From the NCBI GenBank assembly GCA_913056375.1, contig CAJXNF010000001.1, forward strand, positions 1 to 46,108: a stretch of DNA of 46,108 nt, written 5' to 3'. Under the pieces are notes generated by a model. That model was not told the origin of the DNA. It searched no databases and worked only from the letters and a program-made list of their open reading frames with translations. The translations under genes and the position numbers were made by a program. Source of the stretch: an uncultured Pseudomonadota bacterium. GTDB lineage: Bacteria > SAR324 > NAC60-12. Numbering within the stretch: the stretch's first letter is position 1; each line of letters starts with the position of its first letter. This document shows, one piece after another, positions 27,510 to 35,718 of the stretch.

Positions 27510-28106
27510 TTAGGTTAGACTACGAATCAAATCAATAGCCCATTCTTCTTCCTGATAAGCCGAAGAATCTGCAGCCACACCACCTTGTGAAATCAGAATT
27601 TCAGGGGCTTGATCCAATGGAGGCTGTGTGGACTTAGTACGCTTCGCGGCTGTACGAGGAACTATCATCTGGACTTCTTCTTCGCGCAGCGTCTGGATCA
27701 TCTCACGCATCTTATAGCTGCGCATCAATTGACCCAGTATGCGTTTGGTGTAAAGATCCAGAAGATTAGGCCCCTCACGATGGAAAAGAGCAAACCATTG
27801 TAACGGCTCTTGTGTGTGGATCATCGCTGTACCATTGAAAAGCGGAAGAAAGGTCGCTGGCACCTCATCATTCCAAGCAATCAATGTACAGTCGCCAAAA
27901 GCCTGTTCCGGCGTTGCATGGTCGTCTAAAAGCGTTTGAAGCAACTGCGGCGCAATATTGGGATAGGGCGTCAACAGGTTTCGCAGATGATCCCGGCGAT
28001 TTCCTTGTTGCCAGGCTTCTACGCAATGCGCCTCACACTCTCCCTCGACATGGCAGATTGGACAAACGAGATCTATTCGACTAGTGATCTGAAGTTGATT
28101 GATCAT
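27510..28106 (-). CDS. Hypothetical protein with an N-terminal Cys/His cluster, translationally coupled to miaB
   Basis: ATGA overlap with the miaB stop (28103-28106). The N-terminus CPICHVEGECEAHC suggests a small metal-binding knuckle. The rest is unassigned. Confidence 0.45.
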   Translation of the reverse strand: MINQLQITSRIDLVCPICHVEGECEAHCVEAWQQGNRRDHLRNLLTPYPNIAPQLLQTLLDDHATPEQAFGDCTLIAWNDEVPATFLPLFNGTAMIHTQEPLQWFALFHREGPNLLDLYTKRILGQLMRSYKMREMIQTLREEEVQMIVPRTAAKRTKSTQPPLDQAPEILISQGGVAADSSAYQEEEWAIDLIRSLT

Positions 28107-29443
28107 TTTGACAGTGGTTCTGCTTCCAGCAGGTAGGTTTTGGCTCCAGTGATCCGAACTGGCACTAATTCTCCTGGTTCAGCGGCACAGTTTGCAATCG
28201 CAACCGAGTGGTAACCTCGACTCCTTCCGTTGAGTCGATTTGGGTCCTTCAAATAAGGGCCCTCGACCAAGACCTCCTGCGAACTACCGATCAAAGCCTT
28301 GTTTTTGGCTTTTACAATCGGCTCCTGTAATTCCAGTAGCCGGCGCAATCTCTCGATCTTAACCTCTTCTGGCAACTGTCCTGAATATGCCGCCGCAGGT
28401 GTATCTGGCCGTGGAGAATACTTAAATGCAAAGATCTGGTCATAATGGACGGTTTGGATCGCTTGCAAAGTCTGTTCGAAATCCTCTTCTGTTTCACCAG
28501 GAAAGCCAACAATCATATCGGTTGATAACGTTCCCTGTGGTACGTAGCGGCGATACAAGGCTACTTTTTCCAGATATTTTTCCAAGGTATACCAGCGACG
28601 CATTCGACGCAGCACACGATCTGAACCCGACTGCAGGGGTAGATGGAGTTGTTCACATAAACTGGGTAACTCAGCAAATCCTTCCGCAAGTTCTTCTCGA
28701 AAATCTTTAGGATGTGGTGATGTAAATCTTATGCGTTGCAATCCTTCAATCTTATCCATTCGCCTTAGCAATTCGACAAAATCGACACCATCTGCCTTGT
28801 ACGAATTGACGTTCTGCCCAAGTAAACAAATTTCACGAACTCCCTGAGCAACCAGATTTCTAGCTTCCTGCAAAATATTTTCTGGTTCCCGACTCACTTC
28901 CAAACCCCGTGTCACTGGGACAATACAAAAAGAGCAAAAATTATTACACCCTTTGGTGATCGCAAGATGAGCCTTCAGGCTAGCTCCTTTTGATAAAGAA
29001 ACTTCTTCTGGGATAAAATTTCTGACTTTTTGACGAGGAGCTACACGATTCGTCCTTGCGATACGCTCTCCCTGAGCAACTTCTGCTAAAAGTTCAGGGA
29101 GTTCGAATAAATTATCTGTACCAAAGACCAAATCAACACTGCGTTCTCTTGCAAGAATTTGCTGACCTTCCTGTTGAGCAACACACCCACCAACTCCAAT
29201 TTTCAGCTTAGGATTAGCTTGCTTCAGTTTCCGCAGCCTGCCTAGCAAGCTATAAACTTTTTGTTCTGCCTTATCTCGAACAGAACAGGTATTCAGCAGA
29301 ATCAAATCGGCTTCTCCAGCCTCATCTGTGTACTGGTAATTCTCCTGATTCAAGATTTCGAGCATCTTGTCGCTATCGTACTCGTTCATCTGACAACCAA
29401 AGGTTGCTATGTGCACCTTACGTTGAGGCAAAGTCGATTTCAT
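28103..29443 (-). CDS. miaB: tRNA-i6A37 methylthiotransferase
   Basis: KVHIATFGCQMNEYDS (UPF0004 domain), radical-SAM motif GCNNFCSFC, and a C-terminal TRAM region. Confidence 0.92.
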   Translation of the reverse strand: MKSTLPQRKVHIATFGCQMNEYDSDKMLEILNQENYQYTDEAGEADLILLNTCSVRDKAEQKVYSLLGRLRKLKQANPKLKIGVGGCVAQQEGQQILARERSVDLVFGTDNLFELPELLAEVAQGERIARTNRVAPRQKVRNFIPEEVSLSKGASLKAHLAITKGCNNFCSFCIVPVTRGLEVSREPENILQEARNLVAQGVREICLLGQNVNSYKADGVDFVELLRRMDKIEGLQRIRFTSPHPKDFREELAEGFAELPSLCEQLHLPLQSGSDRVLRRMRRWYTLEKYLEKVALYRRYVPQGTLSTDMIVGFPGETEEDFEQTLQAIQTVHYDQIFAFKYSPRPDTPAAAYSGQLPEEVKIERLRRLLELQEPIVKAKNKALIGSSQEVLVEGPYLKDPNRLNGRSRGYHSVAIANCAAEPGELVPVRITGAKTYLLEAEPLSK

Positions 29444-29466
29444 GAAATGGTCAAATTGGTTAAATA

Positions 29467-29862
29467 TTAGGCTAATTCAACAGACTGCAACGGACTTAGG
29501 CCCATTTCTGCGGCACAGATAGAGCATGCAACATCCTGCAGATCCTGAGGATATTCCACATAGTGAGACTTACCATTATTTTGCCAGAGTGTCTCCTCGA
29601 GTTGTAGACCGTGAGCTGTTGGACGGACAAACTCGTACCATTCTGTGCGATACAAGTTCTGCAAGCTTTTCAGCACAAAGTATTGGCCACTCTCATCCCT
29701 GAATCCACGATCAGGCTGAGCCATTGCTTTCGACTCCTCAGAACGTTCTAAGATCGCTCTAAAGTCAAATTTACCCCATAAGAAATGAACCGAAGGCGTA
29801 ATAGGATCGCGATCCACTTGAAAAACAAAATAGTTTTGACGTCGGAATGTATAAGAATTCAA
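29467..29862 (-). CDS. Hypothetical 131-aa protein
   Basis: ORF 23 nt upstream of miaB on the same strand. No motif recognised. Confidence 0.4.
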   Translation of the reverse strand: MNSYTFRRQNYFVFQVDRDPITPSVHFLWGKFDFRAILERSEESKAMAQPDRGFRDESGQYFVLKSLQNLYRTEWYEFVRPTAHGLQLEETLWQNNGKSHYVEYPQDLQDVACSICAAEMGLSPLQSVELA

Positions 29863-30071
29863 TGTAGCCTCTTTTACTCAGTACCAGTGGACTCAAATTT
29901 GATTAAATTGACCTAATGAATCTCTTTTTTGCAAGAAAAACTTTGGTCTACACGCTGAATCGCAGCGAAAAACTCTTTTCTCTTTTGTGTCATTTATCTT
30001 GCAAGAAATCAGGTATATAGGAATGATTTTTTGATGAATCCATTCACAAAAATGCTCTCTTCAAAGAGACA

Positions 30072-31949
30072 ATGACGCTTCGCTCACTGCAATTCCTCAT
30101 TCTGCTAGTAATCTTTTGCTGGGGTTCTCCACTACCCGGTTTCGGAGAATCCTCGAACCAGATCAGCACAGGCAAAGGGAAACCTTCGCTCCAGGCCATT
30201 GCAGATCAAAGATACTACGACATTCCCATCAAGCTCAATGAGCGAGTGCAACAGATGCTACGCTACTACACTGAGCGTAAGCATTCCATTCTTAACCGTG
30301 GACTTGCTCGTTCTGGGCGATACATGGATATGTTCCGCAGAGAACTACGAGCTTGGGGCCTTCCACAGGACTTGGTCTTCGTTGTTGCAGTGGAAAGTAA
30401 CTTCAATGAACGCTCTGTCTCCGTCAAGCAGGCCGTCGGACTCTGGCAGTTCATGTCAACCACAGCACAGCAATATCAGCTTAGGGTAGATCCTTGGATT
30501 GATCAACGCAGAGATCCTCTCAAAGCGACACGCGCTGCTGCCCAGCACTTCAAATACCTTTACGAAATTTTTGGTGATTGGGAACTTGTGCTGGCAGCCT
30601 ATAACGCTGGTGAAGGAAGAGTTCAGCGTGCAATGGAACGAGCCAAGCAACGAAAAAAACCAACTGACTTCTGGTCGCTATCTTTACCTCGGGAAACGCG
30701 GAGCTACGTTCCAGCAATCATGGCTACCGCAATCATCTACAAGAACTTAGATTATTTCGGAATCACTGGTGTTGCACTAGAACCTCCAATGGAACAGTCA
30801 CAGTTCCAAGTACCTGTCGACTTCTCCTTCCAAGAAGTCGCTCAGCGTGCAGGAATGCCACTAGAGGAATTACTCACGTACAATACAGCATATCTACGGG
30901 AGATGCCTCCCATTGATCAGAAACATTACACGATCTACCTTCCACAGAAATATCAGCCTGCACTGTGGCAATCTCTTCGCCAGTATGGTGAGCCTTCTTC
31001 CCACTGGCTCCAGCACTACAATAGCATGCTGCAAGACACTCCAGAAAACCTACAAACTCTTGAGCGCCATGGCGACTTGAAATATGTACGGGTGCAGCGA
31101 GGAGAGAATCTATCGACAATTTCGCGCAAGTACAACACAACCATCACAAGACTATTGCGCTGGAACCGAATCCCTAAAAATCAGCTTCTGCAAGTTGGAC
31201 AACGCCTCAAGATGTATGTTGTCAATCGTAAGGTCTTGGAAGACGTTCGAGAAAAAAACCAAAACCTGGAAGAGCGCATCCGTGGGACACAGTTTGTCAT
31301 CCGGGTTCCCAAAGGAGCAACGCTCTCTGAACTGGCAGAGCGATACCACACAAACATCAAAGAGCTAATGACGATCAATCGCTTACGCTCACCAATGGAT
31401 CTGCAAGCTGGCCAGTCACTAAAGATTTATGCTCGCCCCAAAACGATTCAAGTTCCCCAAGGAGCAACGCTGTCCAACTTAGCACAACGCTATGATGTCT
31501 CTGTAAAAGAGTTGATGGCTTGGAATAATCTTGCTGCTCCTAATGCTTTGCAGGCGAACCAAACACTAATCATTGCTCCACCACCCGAACCAACCTCTCA
31601 ACAACTAGTTCAGGAAAAACAGGTTAGAATAAGGGTTCCCCAAGGAGCAACGCTCTCTGAACTGGCAGAGCGCTATAATGTGACCGTCAGTAAACTGATG
31701 GAATGGAACAATCTGAAAAGTTCTGATTCACTACTTGCAGGACAACAACTCACCGTATTTAGAGAGATCACTCAAAACAACAAAGCAACCCACAGAATTA
31801 TCCAGGTGCGTATGGGTGATACTCTCTGGGATATTGCTAGAGAACACAGGACTTCTGTTGAGCAACTCTTGGTTCTTAATGATCTTGAAGGAAACGAACC
31901 ATTACGACTTAACCAAAAGTTAAAGGTACCCGTCCGACCAGATATTTGA
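30072..31949 (+). CDS. MltD-like membrane-bound lytic murein transglycosylase with five LysM modules
   Basis: Signal peptide. SLT catalytic region VAVESNFNERSVSVKQAVGLWQFM and AYNAGEGRV. Five C-terminal LysM repeats (for example VRVQRGENLSTISRKYNTTITRLLRWN). Confidence 0.88.
   Translation: MTLRSLQFLILLVIFCWGSPLPGFGESSNQISTGKGKPSLQAIADQRYYDIPIKLNERVQQMLRYYTERKHSILNRGLARSGRYMDMFRRELRAWGLPQDLVFVVAVESNFNERSVSVKQAVGLWQFMSTTAQQYQLRVDPWIDQRRDPLKATRAAAQHFKYLYEIFGDWELVLAAYNAGEGRVQRAMERAKQRKKPTDFWSLSLPRETRSYVPAIMATAIIYKNLDYFGITGVALEPPMEQSQFQVPVDFSFQEVAQRAGMPLEELLTYNTAYLREMPPIDQKHYTIYLPQKYQPALWQSLRQYGEPSSHWLQHYNSMLQDTPENLQTLERHGDLKYVRVQRGENLSTISRKYNTTITRLLRWNRIPKNQLLQVGQRLKMYVVNRKVLEDVREKNQNLEERIRGTQFVIRVPKGATLSELAERYHTNIKELMTINRLRSPMDLQAGQSLKIYARPKTIQVPQGATLSNLAQRYDVSVKELMAWNNLAAPNALQANQTLIIAPPPEPTSQQLVQEKQVRIRVPQGATLSELAERYNVTVSKLMEWNNLKSSDSLLAGQQLTVFREITQNNKATHRIIQVRMGDTLWDIAREHRTSVEQLLVLNDLEGNEPLRLNQKLKVPVRPDI
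31303..31345 (+). repeat. Intragenic near-identical repeat, copy A (LysM module 2)
   Basis: 43 nt matching 31633-31675 with 2 mismatches, including a 31-nt exact run (31312-31342 = 31642-31672). The offset is exactly 330 nt, so it is in frame. Confidence 0.9.
31633..31675 (+). repeat. Intragenic near-identical repeat, copy B (LysM module 4)
   Basis: See copy A. A third, shorter match (20 nt, 31452-31471 = 31635-31654) lies in LysM module 3. Confidence 0.9.
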
Positions 31950-31998
31950 GCAACATACCCATCATCCTTCCTTTTTCTCGTCTCATTCGAAATCCCCA

Positions 31999-32862
31999 AT
32001 GAAAATCAGCCATCAGGACAAGAAAGATCTACTGATCGAGGCTCTATCTTACATTCAGCGCTTCCGTAACCAGATCATCGTCATCAAGTACGGAGGAGCT
32101 GCAATGATCGAGGAAGCCCTGAAAACCAGCTTTGCCCAAGACATTGTGCTGCTGCAATCCTTAGGAATGAGACCAGTCGTTGTCCATGGTGGTGGTCCAG
32201 AAGTATCGAAGGTGATCCAGAGTCTAGGCCAGGAAGTGACCTTCGTTGATGGACTGAGGGTAACGACTGCAGAGAATTTGAAGGTCGCTGAGATGGTGCT
32301 CTCAGGAAACCTCAATAAAGAGATTATCGCTCATTTACAGACTTTTGGAGGAAAGGCAGTCGGACTTAGTGGGAAGGATGGAAATCTGATTCAAGCTGAC
32401 AAGAAAAAGCACGCCAGTGGCATCGACCTCGGCTATGTAGGCACTATCAGACAGATCAATCCCGAACTGTTACACCTACTAATTCGAGAGCAGTTCATTC
32501 CGGTTGTCTCGCCAATAGGGATGGGGAGTAGTGGTGAGACCTACAACATCAATGCCGATACCGTCGCAGCTGCAATTGCAGTTGCGTTAGAAGCACGCAA
32601 GGTAATTTTCATGACTGATGTTGATGGGGTGTTATCAGATGGAAAAGAGTTGATTTCCTATCTGGACACGGCTACTGCAGAAAACTTGATTGCCAACAAG
32701 GTGATTTCAGGTGGGATGGTCCCTAAAATTCAGGCTGCGTTGGATTGCGTTAAGGCCAACGTTCGTTCAGCTCACATCATTAACGGAACAGATCCACACT
32801 CTGTGATTGCTGAACTATTTACGGATCAAGGGATTGGAACACAGATAGTGAGGGCTGAATGA
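31999..32862 (+). CDS. argB: Acetylglutamate kinase
   Basis: 287 aa with IVIKYGGAAM, VVVHGGGPE and NINADTVAAAIA motifs. Confidence 0.92.
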   Translation: MKISHQDKKDLLIEALSYIQRFRNQIIVIKYGGAAMIEEALKTSFAQDIVLLQSLGMRPVVVHGGGPEVSKVIQSLGQEVTFVDGLRVTTAENLKVAEMVLSGNLNKEIIAHLQTFGGKAVGLSGKDGNLIQADKKKHASGIDLGYVGTIRQINPELLHLLIREQFIPVVSPIGMGSSGETYNINADTVAAAIAVALEARKVIFMTDVDGVLSDGKELISYLDTATAENLIANKVISGGMVPKIQAALDCVKANVRSAHIINGTDPHSVIAELFTDQGIGTQIVRAE

Positions 32863-32871
32863 AGGAGAGGC

Positions 32872-33849
32872 TTAAATTTCATCAGTTTCAGATTTGGAGG
32901 TGTCTGCTGTTTTTGGAATAGTGGCTAGATTTTCGTACGGTTCCCAATTTTCGCTGATAATTCGAAAATCCTGTACGTCTTCCTGAAACTCCAAGTACAA
33001 GGTCTTCCAACCTAAATCACTAAAATCTGAAGAACTGTATTTTTGGAGAAAATGAACGAAGTAAGTATCTTTGCTATATAGAAAGGTTAGATTCGAAGCT
33101 TGTATTTCCCGACTTTTATTCCGCAGATTAATTCGCTTCTTGTAGTGTAGCCATCTCTTCTTATCAAAATTTTCGTTTGTAAACTTACTTGAATAGTAAT
33201 TTATATAGTCTTCCACATTTGGATTTTCCCAAGCGTCTATCCAGGTGACAACAAAATTTCTCAGCCTCTCTATTTCAGCTAGATGCTGATGTTCCTCCAA
33301 TTTTTCTACTGATTCATCAATCAGAATCAGAGTGTTTGGCAGTTGTATATACTGCGCAATCTCCAGAAAATTTTCATTGCTGACTGAAACACATCCCTCT
33401 GTTGGAATGGGCTGATCGCCCTCTGTTCCATGCAACCAAATTCCATAACCAGTCTTGTTATGGAAGAGACGATCCATCAAGTTCGGATAGTTTAGTGGAA
33501 ATGCCCCTGCACCATAGGGTTTTGCTTCCCTAGGGCCATACATTCCTATCAAATCTTTCTCTGACCAAACATCCGTAAACCAGTAAATCCCCGTTGGTGT
33601 CTTCAGGTCTCCTTCTTTGAACTTGTCACCTGGTACTTTTCCGGTCGTACACGGGTAGGCAGCGATCATCTCCCACTTCGGATAGCCTCGATAGACTGAG
33701 ATTTGGCAGTCTTTTTTATCAACAAGTAAAAATGTAAGGTCTGGATTTTCGGAAAGGAGGAGATTGCGGGGTAGAGCGAGTGCTAAGCTTGTTATTGAAA
33801 TAAAGAACAAAAGCGCAGGGATTGCCAAAAGATGGCGAGGAGGCAACAT
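32872..33849 (-). CDS. L,D-transpeptidase (YkuD domain) with an additional C-terminal domain
   Basis: Signal peptide. YkuD catalytic context GIWLHGTEGDQPIPTEGCVSV. The C-terminal ~150 aa is Asn/Lys/Tyr-rich. The gene is visibly AT-rich. Confidence 0.8.
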   Translation of the reverse strand: MLPPRHLLAIPALLFFISITSLALALPRNLLLSENPDLTFLLVDKKDCQISVYRGYPKWEMIAAYPCTTGKVPGDKFKEGDLKTPTGIYWFTDVWSEKDLIGMYGPREAKPYGAGAFPLNYPNLMDRLFHNKTGYGIWLHGTEGDQPIPTEGCVSVSNENFLEIAQYIQLPNTLILIDESVEKLEEHQHLAEIERLRNFVVTWIDAWENPNVEDYINYYSSKFTNENFDKKRWLHYKKRINLRNKSREIQASNLTFLYSKDTYFVHFLQKYSSSDFSDLGWKTLYLEFQEDVQDFRIISENWEPYENLATIPKTADTSKSETDEI

Positions 33850-33873
33850 GTACTCGTCCTGACGGAATGAAGC

Positions 33874-34158
33874 TTAACTTTGATCAACCGCATCATGCTT
33901 CTGCTGCAGCTTCCGTACCCAGTAGAATCCGCCAATCAGCATGGCTACTGGCAGTACCGTCAAGAAAGCTGTCGTCAGGTAGAATGCGGCTCTTGTATTC
34001 TCTGAGGAAGAGAAGCAAACCGCACAGGCTTGTACGTCGAAATGCAGGAATAAACTAGCTAGGCCAGTAATCACAATAGCAGGAACGGCTTTCACAATCC
34101 TCAAAGCAAGTAGACAAGTGTATATAAAACTGGCCAAACTCCAACCACAAAATACCAA
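33874..34158 (-). CDS. Small 2-TM membrane protein with a CAVC motif, last gene of the oxidase cluster; start uncertain
   Basis: The maximal ORF starts at TTG 34158 and overlaps the upstream gene by 58 nt. Alternative starts are TTG 34104 (TTGA overlap with the upstream stop) and GTG 34095 preceded by GAGG. The GTG start would give ~73 aa. Confidence 0.35.
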   Translation of the reverse strand: MVFCGWSLASFIYTCLLALRIVKAVPAIVITGLASLFLHFDVQACAVCFSSSENTRAAFYLTTAFLTVLPVAMLIGGFYWVRKLQQKHDAVDQS

Positions 34159-34700
34159 AAGATTTGGGCTGCACGGAGGTTGTCAATTGTCAGTTGCTGG
34201 GAGGTGGAATTGAGTCTTCTCAAACAAGCAAGCAAAGCGAGCAGTCCCCCAATCACATGCAGCCCGTGAGCTCCAATGATCAGATAGAAGACACCTCCAT
34301 AGGTACTGGAAGTGATAGTCAGCCCAAAACTAATCAGTTGGACCCACTCGTAACCCTGCACACTGACAAAGACGGTCCCCAGAGCAATCGTCAGAGCAAG
34401 CAACTGTTTCGACTGTGAAGACTGCGAAGAGAACACCTTTACAGACCGATGCAGACAGAAGGCACTCGCTAAGAGAGTCAAGGAGTTCAGTGCTGTCGCA
34501 AACACTGGAAGACGAGGCTGCCCCCATGGAGGCCACTCTTCCGCACCAGAGCGGATGATCATGTAGGCGCTGATCAATGCTGCAAAGAACATCACCTCTG
34601 TCATGATCAGAATGACAGTTGCAAAGATGCTGCTTGAAACTAGCTGTCTGCGTTCAGCATTCGAATTTGCTGGTATCTCAGGGGCTACGAGTAAAATCAT
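34101..34700 (-). CDS. Second heme-copper oxidase subunit III-like protein
   Basis: 199 aa, 5 TM, with GAHGLHVIGGLLAL and IFWYFVVGVWPVLY. These are paralogous to the motifs in the 35069..35662 gene. Confidence 0.75.
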   Translation of the reverse strand: MILLVAPEIPANSNAERRQLVSSSIFATVILIMTEVMFFAALISAYMIIRSGAEEWPPWGQPRLPVFATALNSLTLLASAFCLHRSVKVFSSQSSQSKQLLALTIALGTVFVSVQGYEWVQLISFGLTITSSTYGGVFYLIIGAHGLHVIGGLLALLACLRRLNSTSQQLTIDNLRAAQIFWYFVVGVWPVLYTLVYLL

Positions 34701-34703
34701 GGA

Positions 34704-35066
34704 TTACCGAAGTTGGCCGTCACCATCAATGACAAAGTATCTCTGCTGCTCGGCACAGGTGTTATTAGCAATACAATCCTGCCAGTTCTGACCATCTGTT
34801 TTCATTATATCAGAGGCAACCCCGAAGAAAAACACGCCAAGTAAAACAGTAGAAATTAGCAGTAGGAACCAAACGTATTTCTTCTCAAAGTTGAGATGCA
34901 TGAAGTAAGCGGCGACGTAATAGGTCTTTACGAGTGCAATTCCGAAAGCAGTCAGTAAAGTTAGCCAAGGGATTCCCAGTTCTGGCCCAACAATGCTAAC
35001 TACCAAGAGTACCAAGAGAAGTACCCAAATTTTTACATAATTTGGATGTGCGTGTGCTCCAGCCAT
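34704..35066 (-). CDS. Prokaryotic cytochrome c oxidase subunit IV family protein with a C-terminal extension
   Basis: Start set at ATG 35066, 2 nt after the coxC stop. HPNYVKIWVLLLVLL...YYVAAYFMHLNFEKK fits the bacterial subunit IV family. There is an extra ~30-aa Cys-containing tail. Confidence 0.7.
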   Translation of the reverse strand: MAGAHAHPNYVKIWVLLLVLLVVSIVGPELGIPWLTLLTAFGIALVKTYYVAAYFMHLNFEKKYVWFLLLISTVLLGVFFFGVASDIMKTDGQNWQDCIANNTCAEQQRYFVIDGDGQLR

Positions 35067-35068
35067 AT

Positions 35069-35662
35069 TTACTTTGCTATGTAGAGGAGTGGGAAAAGGA
35101 AAATCCAGACAATATCGACAAAGTGCCAATACAGCCCAATCAATTCAACCCGATGTGGATTAAAGCCTTTCCTGAGGTCGAAGGAGATCAAGGCCATGAT
35201 GACCATCCCTCCGATCACGTGCAGAGCATGAAGCCCGGTTGCTGTATAGTAGAAAGACCAGTACGTGTTGGTCAGAGGAGTCTTTAGCAACTCTGGATCA
35301 TCAGCGAAGAGTTTTGAGGAGTATTCATAGTACTTAACCAGCAAGAAGACACCGCCTCCACCAATCGTATACCAGATGAATTTGAATGCTCGGTCAAAAT
35401 CTTTCTTCTCGGCAGCATCATGTGCCAAGACGATGAAAAGGCTGGAGGTCAGAAGAACAAATGTATTGAACGCACCGGCTGGTACTTTGGTAAAGACTGC
35501 TTCTCCACCCCACCAAGGATTGTTAAGCCGATACAAAATGTAGCAGGCTATCAATCCACCAAAAATGAAAATTTCCGAGGCTAGTAGCCACCACACCCCG
35601 AGCCGTCCGGTAGGGATGCCGGTCGCTGAACGGCTAGTTGCCAAAGGTCCTTGCATAGACAT
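35069..35662 (-). CDS. ctaE: Cytochrome c oxidase subunit III
   Basis: 197 aa with WWLLASEIFIFGGL, GLHALHVIGGMVIM and YWHFVDIVWIFLFPLLY. Confidence 0.85.
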   Translation of the reverse strand: MSMQGPLATSRSATGIPTGRLGVWWLLASEIFIFGGLIACYILYRLNNPWWGGEAVFTKVPAGAFNTFVLLTSSLFIVLAHDAAEKKDFDRAFKFIWYTIGGGGVFLLVKYYEYSSKLFADDPELLKTPLTNTYWSFYYTATGLHALHVIGGMVIMALISFDLRKGFNPHRVELIGLYWHFVDIVWIFLFPLLYIAK

Positions 35663-35718
35663 AACGATTCCTCAGAGGGTCATTCAGGGAAGAACCAAAG
35701 TTCTCCCCTTGTTCATCA

